Positions 46,750 to 59,137 of a DNA stretch of 64,000 nucleotides are shown here, one piece after another. Made by a program: the position numbers and the translations under genes. The stretch covers positions 421,828 to 485,827 of the forward strand of contig NW_004797572.1 of NCBI RefSeq assembly GCF_000002075.1, given 5' to 3'. Below the pieces are notes generated by a model. The model was not told the DNA's origin. It was given only the letters and a program-made list of their open reading frames with translations, and ran no database searches. How positions within the stretch are numbered: position 1 is the stretch's first letter; each line of letters starts with the position of its first letter. The DNA is from Aplysia californica. Its lineage: Eukaryota.

Positions 46750-49092
46750 GTTGCCCTTTTTAACTCCCAGTGGAGAATAGGCCATTAACAAAACATTTCT
46801 CCAGGGAAGCCTGTCTTATGCATCCTTTTCTAGCTGTTTCCATGATGTCCCCGCCTTTTCCATTTCCACTTGTACCGCTCGCCTCCATGTCATCTTTGGT
46901 GTTCCTTTCTTACGTTTTCCTTGTGGATTCCATGTCAAAGCCTGTCTGATGATGTTTGTCGGGGATCTCCTCAGGATGTGTCCAATCCATTTCCATTTCT
47001 TCACCTGTATGTCTTCCTGTTGAGCATTTGTGACTCGATCGTACCACTTGATCCCCACTATCCTTCTTAGGCATCCATTTATGAAGCTCTGCAGTTTCTT
47101 TGCTGCTAATGCTGTGAGCCTCCATGTCTCTGAACCATACTGTAGAACAGTCTTCACGTTTGTTTTGAAGATCCTCAGCTTGGTGTACAATCCCAGTTCC
47201 TTAGACATCCATATATTCCTGAGGATGATGAATGCTGCTCTTGCACCTTGATGTCTTCATCTGTACCCCCTGCCTTGTTGATGACTCTTCCCAGGTAGAT
47301 GAGGGATTCAACATCTGCCAATGGTGCCCCTTACAGTGTGATAGGAACATCGGCTGCATTCATTCAAAGAACTTTCGTTTTATCCATGTGAATATGGAGT
47401 CTAATGCTATGGGAGAAGGTCCTGTGGCGATCTGTGTTCTGTTGCATCTGGGCTCGACTGTGAGAAAGAAGAGCCAAGTCGTCGGCAAAGTCCAAGTCTT
47501 CCAACTGACTGGAAAGGGTCTACTGTATGCTTTTGCGTTGTCCCGATGTTGTCTGTCTCATTATTCAATCCACTGCTAATTAAAAGAGAAAACGAGATAA
47601 CAGGCATCCCTGTCTCACTCCTGTTTTCACTTGAAACGAGTCTGTCCGCTACCCTCCAAGTAAAACACTGCAACTCATTCCCTCATACATCTTCTTGATC
47701 GATCTCACGAACTTGTCAGGTATTCCGTAGTGGCGCATGAGCTTCCATATTGAGTCCCCCTATTTAGGCTGTCAAAAGCTTTCTCGCAATCAACAAAGTT
47801 AACGTACAGGGAAGAGTTTCACTCTGTGGACTGCTCTACTAGTATCCTCAAAGTTGCAATCTGATCTGTACTTGATCTCTTTTTACGAAATCGTGCCTGC
47901 TCCTCTCTTAGTTTTACATCCACAACTTCCTTCAGTCTTTCCAGTTTGGTATGACTTAGTTAAAATCTTCCCAGGAATGGACAGGAGCATGATTCCTCTG
48001 TAGTTTTTACTCCCATGCAGGTCTCCTTTCTTGGATAGTTTCAAAAGCAAACCCTCTCTCCAATCCTGTGGAAATTCTTTGCTGTCCCATATCTTCCCTA
48101 TAATTCCATGAAGAATTCCTGCCGCCATGCTGATATCCACCCTGAGAACTTCTGGGGGAATACCATCTGGGCCGGCCGCCTTGCCTTCTTTCTGGTGTCT
48201 TATCGCCTCCTTGATCTCCTCTAAACTAGGCTTTTCTTCACTCACCTTCCAGATCAATCTCTGCTGGTGGAATGTCAAACTGTTTTTGTGGCCTTGGTCT
48301 GTTCAGTAGCTCTTTGAAATGCTCCTTCCAGCGTTCTTTCTGTTCATCTTGATTTGTGAGAAGCTTTCCCTCTTTATCCTTCACTGGCACATCCGCGTTC
48401 CTGTATCTGCCTGCAAGTTTCTTGGTGGTTTCATACAGTCCTTTTATGTTTCCTGCCCCTGCTGCTTCCTCTGCCTCGCGTGCTAGGTCATCTACATAGT
48501 TTCTTTTGTCATTCCGTATGTTGACTTTTACATCCTTCATTGCTTTGGCGTATTCTTCCTGGGACTTTGCTTTGGCTGCTCTTGTCTTGCTCCTGTTTAC
48601 CTGATCCTTTTTCTTTTTCCTGTCCTCTATCTTGAAATCTTCCTCAGAGTGGTGGCCGATATCCATGGCTTGTGCTCACGTTTCCACTTCCCCAGTACCT
48701 CTTGACACACAGTGGTCCTCCCATGTTTCTTCCACGCTGCTATCCTCGCCTTGTGTTTCCAACACTTGGAACCTGTTCTCAACTGCTACATTAAACTCCT
48801 ACATTAAACTCCTCTCTTGACTATGGCTCTCTCAGAAATCCCACATTGTACCGGCATCTATGATTGACAATCCCCTGCCTTTGCTTTAATTTTAGTAGGA
48901 TTGTTGAAATGAGCAGATGATGGACCGAAGCTACGTCTTCACCCCTGTAAACTCTAACATCCCCTATTGATCTCCTGAATTTCTTGTTGACACATGTATG
49001 TGATCAATCTGGTTTTCAGTTTATTGGTCTAGAGACACCCATGTTGCTTTGTGTATCTGTTTATGTGGGGAAAACAGTTCCTCCTATCATGA
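46750..49092 (-). mobile_element. RTE-clade LINE, 5'-truncated, fragmented EN C-terminus / RT / 3' end
   Basis: GGTVFPHK.IHKATW, AREAEEAAGAGNIKGLY, GKAAGPDGIPPE, KKGDL..NYRGIMLLSIPGK, VKTVLQYGSETW, WKWIGH..WNPQGKRKKG. Confidence 0.92.
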
Positions 49093-49478
49093 TTTACTTT
49101 TATACTTTGATGATAATGGTGATAATACTGATAAGTAATAATGATGATGATAATCGTTATGAAATAATAATAATAATAGATATAATTTTTTTAGCGCACA
49201 CACACAAACATATTTATGTTTTATATATCCCTACCGAAAATTAAGTCTTATGCCCGTTTACAAAGAGTCAAGGGACACAATGAAACTGTTTTAAATGTTG
49301 TTTAACATACTTAAGCGACATCAAAGCGAAGATCCCAAACCAGAGGTGCTGTTAATTCGAGTCTTTGCGCATTTTGAAGACATTATTCTTAGTCCTTTAT
49401 GGATGTAAGTCATATGTGCTAACATCAGTGATGTGCAAAAGTGCATGCTGCTTCATGGAGTGTGCAAAATGCCATGTA

Positions 49479-50299
49479 CAGTCGAACTTGTGTAAGACGG
49501 AATCGCAAGGATCCAGAAAAAAATTCCGTCTTAGGCAAGGAAATTAGGGGTCTCTTGTCAGGTTGGCAAGCAGTCACATAAGTGGTCAAAATTTCACACC
49601 TCTCATCTGCTGTCCTCTCTGATATGACTTGCGTCAGTTTTACTAATCCAATTACCACCAGTGCTTGCCTTTCATAGGACCACTGTTTGACCTTTTATTA
49701 AAAATAGAAACGTTTGAACATCTCCTTTGCTTCCACCCTTAGCCCCACCCATTGGTCACATTTGTGTAATTAGCTCAGTCAACCAATGCTACCCCTCACT
49801 GTCATGTAACAACGATTCGAGGAACTCTTTTCTCAGCTGGCTGTATGATCAGGGCAGTAGGCATTGGTCAAACTAATTTCACACTTCGGGCTTCTGGCTA
49901 CTAATGAAAATTTCTGTGCTGGAGCGCCACTCAAGCACTTTCACTGGCACTCGTGAGACTTCACATGTACACCACCCTGACCATCTTCATCGCTCAGGGC
50001 TCATATATATGGGGTAGCATCAAGATCTACCCTCAAATTGAACCCCTACTCCCCTTCCTCGCCCAGATGCATGGCGTTAAGTTAGAACTGGTTGAACCAA
50101 ACTTGCGAGTTTTGTTTCAAATCAGGGCTGAGTGGGCAAATCATTTTCCGTCTTTGACAGGTAAAACCCTCGGAAGGGAGCAGATTTTTCTTTCCATTTC
50201 CACGTTGGATAGGTCTTTCATTTTATACAGGTGATTAAAGAGGAATATATCGGGGGGGATTCCGTTTTGCGCAGGTTTCCGTTAAGGCAGGTTCGACTG
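49479..50299. mobile_element. Tc1/pogo-type MITE, copy 2
   Basis: TA|CAGTCGAAC...GTTCGACTG; collinear with 42532-43391. Confidence 0.9.
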
Positions 50300-50504
50300 C
50301 ATTTACCATCACGTTTCACAGACTAGGAAAGATGTCTGTGACACTGGTGACAATAAGGTTTTTGAGAAGACGTTATCAAGGAGATACATCTCCTGTGATG
50401 GATTTGGCTATCGACAAACTTGTACACATGCAACTCAGCACACACAAAACTGACACATTACTTTGACTACCCGCAAGTCAAGTAAAGCTCATGTCCGCCA
50501 AGGC

Positions 50505-50775
50505 CCACTGGCCAACCATTCCACCTTTGAGCCGAATAAAGCCCTTCTAATCCTACCGGACTCCCACTAAAGTCAATCTGAACCCCATCTAGCCAGCCTT
50601 GAGCCAAACAACACCTAAACTTTGCCATAAAACCCTACTAGTCTACCCATCCCACTAAACCCCACCCAACCACACACCAAACCCAGCTAAAGTAACCTCT
50701 GAGCCGATCAAAGCCTATCCGTCCCATCAAACCCAACTAAAGCCAGCCAGCCCCATACCACAACACCGTAAAGCT
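50505..50775. repeat. Degenerate C/A-rich tandem repeat (AAAGCC..CCA..CTAAA units)
   Basis: Recurring TAAAGCC / CCCACTAAA / TGAGCC motifs. Confidence 0.45.
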
Positions 50776-51253
50776 AATTTTAAAAAATTCTATTTAAATG
50801 TGCCCCATGTTCGAAAATTGATCACGCTGAAGTACAGAAATGAGTGTAGTCAAAACATATATTGCCCTATGTAATATAAGGGCTAAAGAAGCTGCAGGTT
50901 TGTGTAATAAGTTACACAAGATGACTCCTGGGGTGGTGCTGCATGAGGTGATTGGTTTACATGAACTGTGGACTCTGGTAAATTTTCCATAGTATAGAGG
51001 TGTTAGCTTTTTGTTGCAGCCTTGGCACTTAATATGTAGGTCAGAGTGTCTTTTCTTTTATTGTGCTAAAACTTTATCTCGGCATAGATCTAGTTATTAT
51101 CAGTGTTAGTACTTGATGGATTAAGTCAAGAGAGTCCTTAAAACCCGAAGTTCTGTTATCATTGATGGAAAGATAAAGTTGTCTAAAGTCACTTTTCGCA
51201 TTTGAGCAAGTAGAGAGCAATCAGTTGGATCTATTTCCTCAGATCGTGCAAAG

Positions 51254-51354
51254 ATGACCAAGTCTCTGGTGTTACTCATTGTCTGTGCTTGCATTGGATC
51301 AAGCTGGTGCGGTCCCTTTGAATTTCCATTTCATGCATCTTGCAATATAGACTG
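51254..51354 (+). CDS. Secreted protein coding exon 1 (signal peptide)
   Basis: Acceptor TTCCTCAG at 51242, AAGATG start, donor TG|gtaagt. Confidence 0.85.
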
Positions 51355-54300
51355 GTAAGTGCTTATATTTTCAATTGATGACACTTTTGAATGTTTTAAG
51401 TACCGTTTAGCCCATATTTTTTTCTTCATCTCGATCGCATTGCTCTTGAAGTGTAGTATCAAATTTCATATATACTGGGCCATCCCGCTCAGTTGTTCTG
51501 TTGGCCAGTACAGCCTCTGTTTGAGTGGACCCCTTTGTTGAGGTTTACAGCTCTGCACTGCAATTGCCTGGTAGGTCCTCACAGGGTTAAAGCCATATTT
51601 ACAAATACCGTCTTTAAATGTCATTTTTGTAGTTTTACATGGTATTATGGTTCCCTAGATAGTGCCTGCCTTGAGGCCCAATACCTCCAGTTTCAGCACT
51701 CCAGTTCCAGATCCTGAGACCTACCCTTGAAGTACAGGGAGGATTCCACCTTTGGGAGGACTCATAAATGCGATCCTTTTCCTCATGGTGCACCTGGTAG
51801 TGGATTCATAGGGCATATCGTGATGTGGTAGTGCCACCTACCACCTCATCCCATCCTGGTAAGAGCATTGCCAGTTGGTCCAGGGGCTGCTTATTCAACA
51901 TATTCACAGCTTATCTTCATAACAGTGACCGTTCCCTTTCTGTCACCATGCTGAGACCGCCCAGGTCGGGGGGATGGTTGCCCCTAACCTAGATCCCTTA
52001 TCATTTCAGTTATCTGTCTGTCTTTCATACAATTTGTGAGGGGGGAAAAGCTTCTTTCAGAGATTGAAAACAAATTACAGACTTAAATTTTTTCAAAAAC
52101 TCGTTTGAAATACCCTTATAATAATTTGGCTAGACCTTAATTATCATGTTTTTTTTAAGTACAGGAAGGTTGTTTTATGAATAAGAGAATTAATCTTGCA
52201 CAGGTTTTTACATTCAATATGGATTGCACATATCTCTGTCTATTCTTATCCTCAGGACTTTTGGGGCAACCTGTCAGAATGTCAGTCAAATCATCCAAGC
52301 TCAAATACAAAAATGGAGTGGGACTTCATGTGGCTCAGGAGAAAAATGTAGATATGAAGTAGGTAACCTGAGATTTGTTTATTTTGCTTTAATCAAATGT
52401 TAGCTCTTTGGGGGAGGAGGTAAGTGTTTTACAGCGCTAGCAACTGCATAAGCTCATATGAGCGTGCAGGACACCTTAAGCATTTTCAATTTCGTAGGAA
52501 TTTATTTTGAATTTTTTACAGGGTGGCAACCAAAGCCTACTCTTATCGCTTTTACGACCACCAAGGGATCTTTAACTGAAAGACAGCAGTAAGGAGCAGC
52601 CAAGGAGTAGCTGTAGAAAGGCAGCAGAAAAAGAGCCCAGAGGAGGGGGCAAAGAGGAAGCCGGTGGGGGGGGGGGGGGTGTTTAGAAAGTGGAGACGAA
52701 AACAGACAGCAGAACTTGATTAGAGAGCAGGAAAGGTGAAGGAGGAAATTTTTTAAAGAACATTTTCTATTGCTGTCAGGTTTTGAACGCGGGACCTATT
52801 GAATGAGAGGCAAACACCTAATGTCTAGACTATGAGAGCCCCCTGCTCTTGCTTTACATAACTCAAGCTCCATAAATTGTCAAACTGCTCAAATCAACAG
52901 ATCCTTATGTTTGATTTTTGCTTGTGGCTTTTGTTGGTTGTTCAAGTTATTACAACACCAANNNNNNNNNNNNNNNNNNNNNNNNNNNNNNNNNNNNNNN
53001 NNNNNNNNNNNNNNNNNNNNNNNNNNNNNNNNNNNNNNNNNNNNNNNNNNNNNNNNNNNNNNNNNNNNNNNNNNNNNNNNNNNNNNNNNNNNNNNNNNNN
53101 NNNNNNNNNNNNNNNNNNNNNNNNNNNNNNNNNNNNNNNNNNNNNNNNNNNNNNNNNNNNNNNNNNNNNNNNNNNNNNNNNNNNNNNNNNNNNNNNNNNN
53201 NNNNNNNNNNNNNNNNNNNNNNNNNNNNNNNNNNNNNNNNNNNNNNNNNNNNNNNNNNNNNNTTAAGCTATTTTCTGTTGATTCCCACTCAGGGAAGTTA
53301 TTTTTCCGAGCACAATGGCGCCGCTTAAGATTTTGGCTCGTCTAAGAACCTGTGTATAACAGAATGTTAATTCTCCATAATGTGCCTGTCACTGTCAGTC
53401 TGCCTGAGAACCAGGTTTGATTTCAGGGCGAAAAACTTTTCTTTGCTGCTTTACCCACACCTTCCACTTTCAAAGGAGCCCTCTTCAAGGCCAGATCATC
53501 AATACAGGAACTGTACTGATAAGCAGAGCTGGTTGTAACGAAGTACAAGTAGGCTACTCCGGTACTTGTACTTACGTTACAATTTTCGGTACTTTTACTG
53601 TACTCCGGTACATTTTGAGAATCAGTACTTTTACTGTACTCTGATACTTTTTATAAAAGTACTTTTGAGTATTTTTAAAGTACATTTTGAGTACTTTTGA
53701 AGCTTAATGAAAGGCATTTCTGATCATAATTAAGGGAACAAACACCCGGGCGGGCATAGCCGATCAACCAAGAGTTAAAACTTGAGATCAAAGAACGGCC
53801 AGTGGCGTCAAAGATCAGCCACTCTTGTGAATGAGATCACAAGTGTTGTAGAACTCAATGAAACAGTACAATGTTTGCCCCAGACGGGATCACACCCCAA
53901 ACTCGCACCTGAGCTCGCCAACTAAACTTACATCACTGGATGGGTGGGTATGGCTTACAAGTTCGCTCCAGGCAGGATCACATCGAACTGTGAACTCTTC
54001 CCAGACCATTGAAGGCAGTTTTTCCTTATTCCCGAATTTGCAAGACAGCCTGAATTTTAATTGGTGTGGTCACAACGTAATGGTGCGTAATGAAAAAGGC
54101 GGGGGGACTCAATCAGAGACGGAAGGCTGAAATATTTGGACAGGTAAAGGGGAGGGGCAACTGGATAAACATAGATATAAAGATCTTGAGACTCACGATA
54201 GGCTAATGAGTGTATATGCATGCCTCATGCCACCATGCAACTGTGATTGGTCATAAAGGTTGACCACTCTTTGCTCGCCAAATGTCATTAAACCCACACA

Positions 54301-57300
54301 GGGGTCACATCAGTTCATGGGTCACTGTTAATTCTTCCTTGGCTTCGTCGGCTAAGATCCCATATTTCCCTTGTTCCCGAGCACTGGGATCTTAGGCGGA
54401 GACTACCGTAGTAGAGAATCTTTGGTTACACTACACTTACTAGACTCTAGGAAACTACATGTATTTTGGTTTGCTGTGGGCGCCGTGGACTGCTCAGTGT
54501 GACCAAAATCTGTCTTACCACTATTATAATCAATTGAAACTGAAACTGAGTTTTCAATGTATATCTAACAAATTTTTAGGCTATCTAAATTTCTTTTTAA
54601 CTTTTTTTTTGTGGTTTATGCTTAAGGCTACCTTAATTCCTTGAGGATTTGTTAATGAAGAATTCAAGGCACTTTTCCATTTCTTTGCTGGCCATTTTCA
54701 TCTATTCTATGTTTGTTAAGGGCAACTTTGTCTCTACATTTTCCAATTTGGATACTTTTCCTACTTTCCGACCTCTTGGACTGACTAATATTTTGATCAC
54801 GTTGTCTCTGCTCAAACAAGTTTTATTCATAATATCACTTACTCACTAGTTGCGTCTTTTTGTTTGTTGGGGTTTTTTTCTTCTATTTCACGGACCTTTT
54901 CCACCTATGTTCAGTGCGTATATTCAAATGCTTTGTATACTGTTTACATTATTAGTAATAAATGGCCTAATTTGTCGAATATACTGGATAAAGTTTTTTA
55001 ATATGATGTTTTGCATTAGCACTGAAGTGTTTTAGCATTATATTAGCGGAAAGTACTCAAATTGTACTCATAAGTACTTTTTTCAAAAGTACTTGTAATC
55101 AAGTACATTTTACAGGAAAGTACTTTTACTGTACTTAAGTACACATTTCAGATTGTACTAAAATTTGTACTTAAGTACCTTTTTAAAAGTACTTTAACAG
55201 CTCTGCTGATAAGTTTAATAAAGCTAACACAGTTGTGATGTGTTTCAAACTGCACCACAAATTATCCAAAGCAAAGACCCCACCATAGATGCAGGCAGAT
55301 GAAATGATTTGATACTATACCTCATTACACTTGGTGATTCTTAATAAAGAAACAACAGCTGGACAGAAGGGTTGGGGAAGTCCTGCGGTCAATAAAATCT
55401 ACACCCTGTGTATGTAAACACTTACACAAATGATTTTTTCGGCATGCACATTAGCTCTGCCAAATGGGTCAAATTACGTACATGTAGTGAAGATGTTATT
55501 GGTTTTTAATTGGTACATGTACTATCTCTTGTTCCTCTCATGTGGTCAAGAGCATCCAATTGTCTTTTAAAAAGTGGCTAGTTCATGTTCATGTTTTCCC
55601 TTCACTGACGCAGCATTGCAACTGGTGCTGTATCATAGTTTCAACATGCAATCAAATCAAGTTGACAATCTCACATGATAAAAATTCACTCTGTTCTACT
55701 TTTGCTTGATTACTAAATCATAAGTAGAATTTGAAGATAACTTTAGCTCAATGAAGGTTGAGGATCAATACTAATCTCTTGTTCTCACTTGTGCCCAAAA
55801 CACTCCACACCGCTCAAAACATGTAACCCACATTAATTTTTTTCCAAAGTATGCCTCTCTTTCTCTCTTCCTTGGAGTGTCTTCAGCATACAGATCATTA
55901 TTTCATCATGGAATAAACAAGGGAAGTCAACAGGTAGATACTGAGTTGTGCCACTGAAAATCTGCCTAAAGAAGCTGACTGGCCTGAGACTGACACTGAA
56001 CCCACTTTTCTTGTTGCCTGATTACTGGGCTTTGAGGCCGTGACCACTATACCTCTCCGTTTGTTCTTAGATTCCATGTTCCACTTATCCTGGATTGGTT
56101 CCGATAGACATAATCAGAGAAGCCTGCCTCTTGAATTAACTGAACTGTGTTGATGATCATGTAAAACCTTTGCATTCGATGTCATTGATCGTCAACCTTC
56201 CTTGAGCTAATATTATCTTCAAATAATTCTTTTCATGATTACTTAATCAAGCTCAAAATCCCTTTAAGCCAAAATCAATCATTGGCTGTCAGTTTGGAGT
56301 GATGGAATGGTCCCAAACATTCCTGGCTTTTCCATTTTCATTAAATGTATTATTGAATATGTCAATGAACTTTAATAATGGTTTCACCCTTAAGCAAAAT
56401 TTTTTTGACATTAGAATTAGACTGATTTTTTAAAACAGTTATCTACCTGTTGACTTCCCTTGTTTATTCCATGCTGTTCATTTGTTTTTCTTCGGGTGGG
56501 GGGCGGGGAGAGAAGGGAGGTATATTATTTTTGCCTTTGATTGGAGGACATCATTGATGTGTTTGCTATTTTTTGTTGTCCCCTGTTGTGTCCGTTTTAT
56601 TTTTATTTTCTTGCTCAGCTGTGGGAAATCGTTATCAAGTGGTATCATTATAAAGTGTGATAGGTTAAGGTTGATAACATTTTATCTTGAAAATGGCCCT
56701 TCCAGCCTATTGCTATTCTTGAATACAGGAGGGACTTGTATTCGTTCCTGTAGAATGTTATTGAAATACAGAACTACAAAGGCTGTTTTTTTTAATGCTT
56801 ATATAATAGATTATTGTGTAACGGGTTTTTTTAATGTTCTTTTTCAGTTTGTCAGCTTTGATAACAACATACTCAAGGCAAAACACACAACACCAGTGAA
56901 GCATTATGCTGATGACCTCACTTTTGTTTTCAAGCCCAACAGTTCTCTGTGTCTGGTGAATGTGAGTATTGTATGATATGTGAAATAAAGCATGCATGTT
57001 GTTAATCCTATATGAGCACAAAACATTTTCCATGCCTTCATTGTGGAGATCATGGCAAAAGCTTGACAAGGAGAGAGGAAAAGAGAGATAGAGATTGGCA
57101 ATTATTCTCGGAAAGCATACTGTTGTTTCAATTTTTTTAAGGTTGCCTTCTTTTCAACCAATTCATTCAATATAACATGGAGAATAAAGCTCCGTCATAA
57201 AACAGATTGGCTGCTAAGTGTAAGATTCTGTTACGTCACTTTTCATAATGGCATAAAGTGAAGTTTTACATTAAGCAATAGAGATCATGTTCGTCCATGA

Positions 57301-59137
57301 TTCGCTGAGAAAATATGAATTGATGTACATGGTCACAAGTGCCAGTGTATAATTATATTAGAACTGATTAATATGCACCTTATATAAAAACAGTCTCTTG
57401 TCTTTTCCCTATTGTGCTTTTCTGATACTGTTTTTTTTTGTACAGGGTAAAAGTTCCTCTGAGACTTGGTATGCTGTGCTGGATGATGGCACAAACTATT
57501 GCAATCTGCACAACCTTATTACAGGTAAGCAAAATCGCTCAAGTGCTTGAACGTTATTTCTTACCCTTATTTTCGTCAGAGTGTCATTTAAGTAGCCATC
57601 TCCATGCATAGCAAAGCACTTTGTCTCCGTACTAATGCCACTCGACAATTTTTGGGAAAACCAGATCTAATCAATGTTAAAGTGGTCACCTATAAATAGC
57701 ACAGATATGAATCCTACAGGTATGTGAAGTCCCATGAAACCGCAGCTAAAGAAAAGCAACTTTACTCCCAAAACAGACCCTTTGTTTGCAACTCTCTGTG
57801 ACATTTTGGATAAAATGACACATTGTTATGTCCAAAAATTTAAGAGTTGATGCCCAAAGGGTTCATGTACTAAAGAAAACCAATTGCTCCTAAGCAGACT
57901 AACAATGGGCACATTTAATGTTATTTCCAAGTTTTGTGTGGTATTTGTGATTGCTCTGTTTTCCATTTTGTTTTAAACTATCGTGACAAAATATAATAAC
58001 AAAATATAGTTTACTGCAGAGACAAAATTCTCCATTCATTGGATGCAATGTGTGTCCATTCTATTTATATTGATACTCCTCAATACACGCGCGAAGAGAA
58101 TTCTATGTTTCTTTGCTTTTAACACAATGTTGCAAAGCTTGATTTTTGAAAGTCAGTTTTGAGTACCATATCTCGGGCGTTTCTTATGATAGATGATTTA
58201 TTAAGGTGTCAGATGATGCAGAATTTATTAAACTTTAAATTGATATGCCATATGAGTGGGTAATGCGAGGCTTTAACATGATTGGGTGATTACATTTTCA
58301 AGTTTCTTTTGGACGCCTCTGTAGTATATATATGTGTTGTTGACATGTCCATAAGATGTATCTAAGCATGCTCTGGGGGTTGAGAGAGATCAGACAGGTG
58401 GACAGCACTCCTATGGTTATGTGTGTGCATGTAAAGTGAGAGGAGCATGAACATTGTGGGGGTGGAATGTCAGAAGAGAAGCAGATAGAACCGTCATAAA
58501 TTTTTTATCCCCGGCTACTGAAGAGTGATAGACATAGTTTCACCTAATGAGTTTCCTGTTAGTCTGTGGAACCAAACATACCATATAAGCCATACTGCAA
58601 CTTTGTTTTGCAAGTAATACATCAATTGACACAGTCATGCATTTGAACAAATCAGCCTTTTGACACAGTTGGCTCAGTGCCTGCAATTATAAATCTGAAA
58701 AGCTCTCATTGCCACTGAAAGTGAAGGTGTCTGTGGTGTGGGACTTAAGAAATTCGCTATTGCTCACAGAAGGCCTCGATCCTATGTGGGGAGAATTTTT
58801 ACTAAGTATCCGTCTTTTTGCTGGGACATCGTATCCATTTCATCTTGAGTTGGCCCTGACAGGGAGGGTTGAAGCACTCATTCTAAATGATTAAAACTGT
58901 GTCAGTGGGGGCATAAAACACTTACATTTTTAAAGACAAAAAGAATGTCAAGCTGATGACTTCATTGAAACTGAGTTTTACTGTATGCTTGGGAGACAGA
59001 TGATGAAGTTGGTTTTTATGATTCCTTTCTTATTGTCCTCCTCAGGTTCTGGTCTTGATAAGCTTAAACCATACAAGGAGAGCACCAGTAACTCAAAATG
59101 CACCCAGTATTCTTCAGCAAACTGTGAGAAGTACTGA
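51254..59137 (+). CDS. Secreted Cys-rich uncharacterised protein, DUF1499-like, 5 coding exons, 162 aa
   Basis: join(51254-51354,52256-52358,56848-56961,57446-57524,59046-59137) = 489 nt, all GT-AG, phases 2,0,0,1 consistent: MTKSLVLLIVCACIGSSWCGPFEFPFHASCNIDWTFGATCQNVSQIIQAQIQKWSGTSCGSGEKCRYEFVSFDNNILKAKHTTPVKHYADDLTFVFKPNSSLCLVNGKSSSETWYAVLDDGTNYCNLHNLITGSGLDKLKPYKESTSNSKCTQYSSANCEKY*. Confidence 0.9.
52256..52358 (+). CDS. Secreted protein coding exon 2
   Basis: ctcag|(W)TFGATCQNV...GEKCRYE|gtaggt. Confidence 0.85.
52424..52843 (-). mobile_element. tRNA-derived SINE (same family), inverted, internally deleted
   Basis: Reverse complement matches the head, pyrimidine-rich middle and tail of 61022-61512. 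Confidence 0.65.
53524..55205. mobile_element. Non-autonomous hAT transposon, 1.68 kb
   Basis: Perfect 8-bp TSD CTGATAAG (53516-53523, 55206-55213); TIR CAGAGCTG; dense AGTAC/GTACT subterminal repeats. Confidence 0.9.
56848..56961 (+). CDS. Secreted protein coding exon 3
   Basis: ttttcag|FVSF...HTTPVKHYADDLTF...CLVN|gtgagt. Confidence 0.88.
57446..57524 (+). CDS. Secreted protein coding exon 4
   Basis: tacag|GKSSSETWYAVLDDGTNYCNLHNLIT|gtaagc. Confidence 0.88.
58140..58322. mobile_element. Tc1/mariner terminal fragment
   Basis: Ends GTTTCTTTTGGACGCCTCTG|TA. Confidence 0.4.
59046..59137 (+). CDS. Secreted protein terminal coding exon
   Basis: ctcag|GSGLDK...CTQYSSANCEKY*; candidate AATAAA at 59716-59721. 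Confidence 0.88.

Noticed and set aside
53540-55200. Regularly recurring short repeats (AGTAC here; CGGATTCAACGAG at 31.9 kb; GAGTCCGAATA at 7 kb) as CRISPR-like arrays
   Set aside because: Irregular spacing, located inside TIR/TSD-bounded eukaryotic transposons, no cas genes.
56900-56920. YADD motif suggesting a reverse transcriptase
   Set aside because: It lies in spliced exon 3 of the secreted protein; no other RT motifs are in frame.
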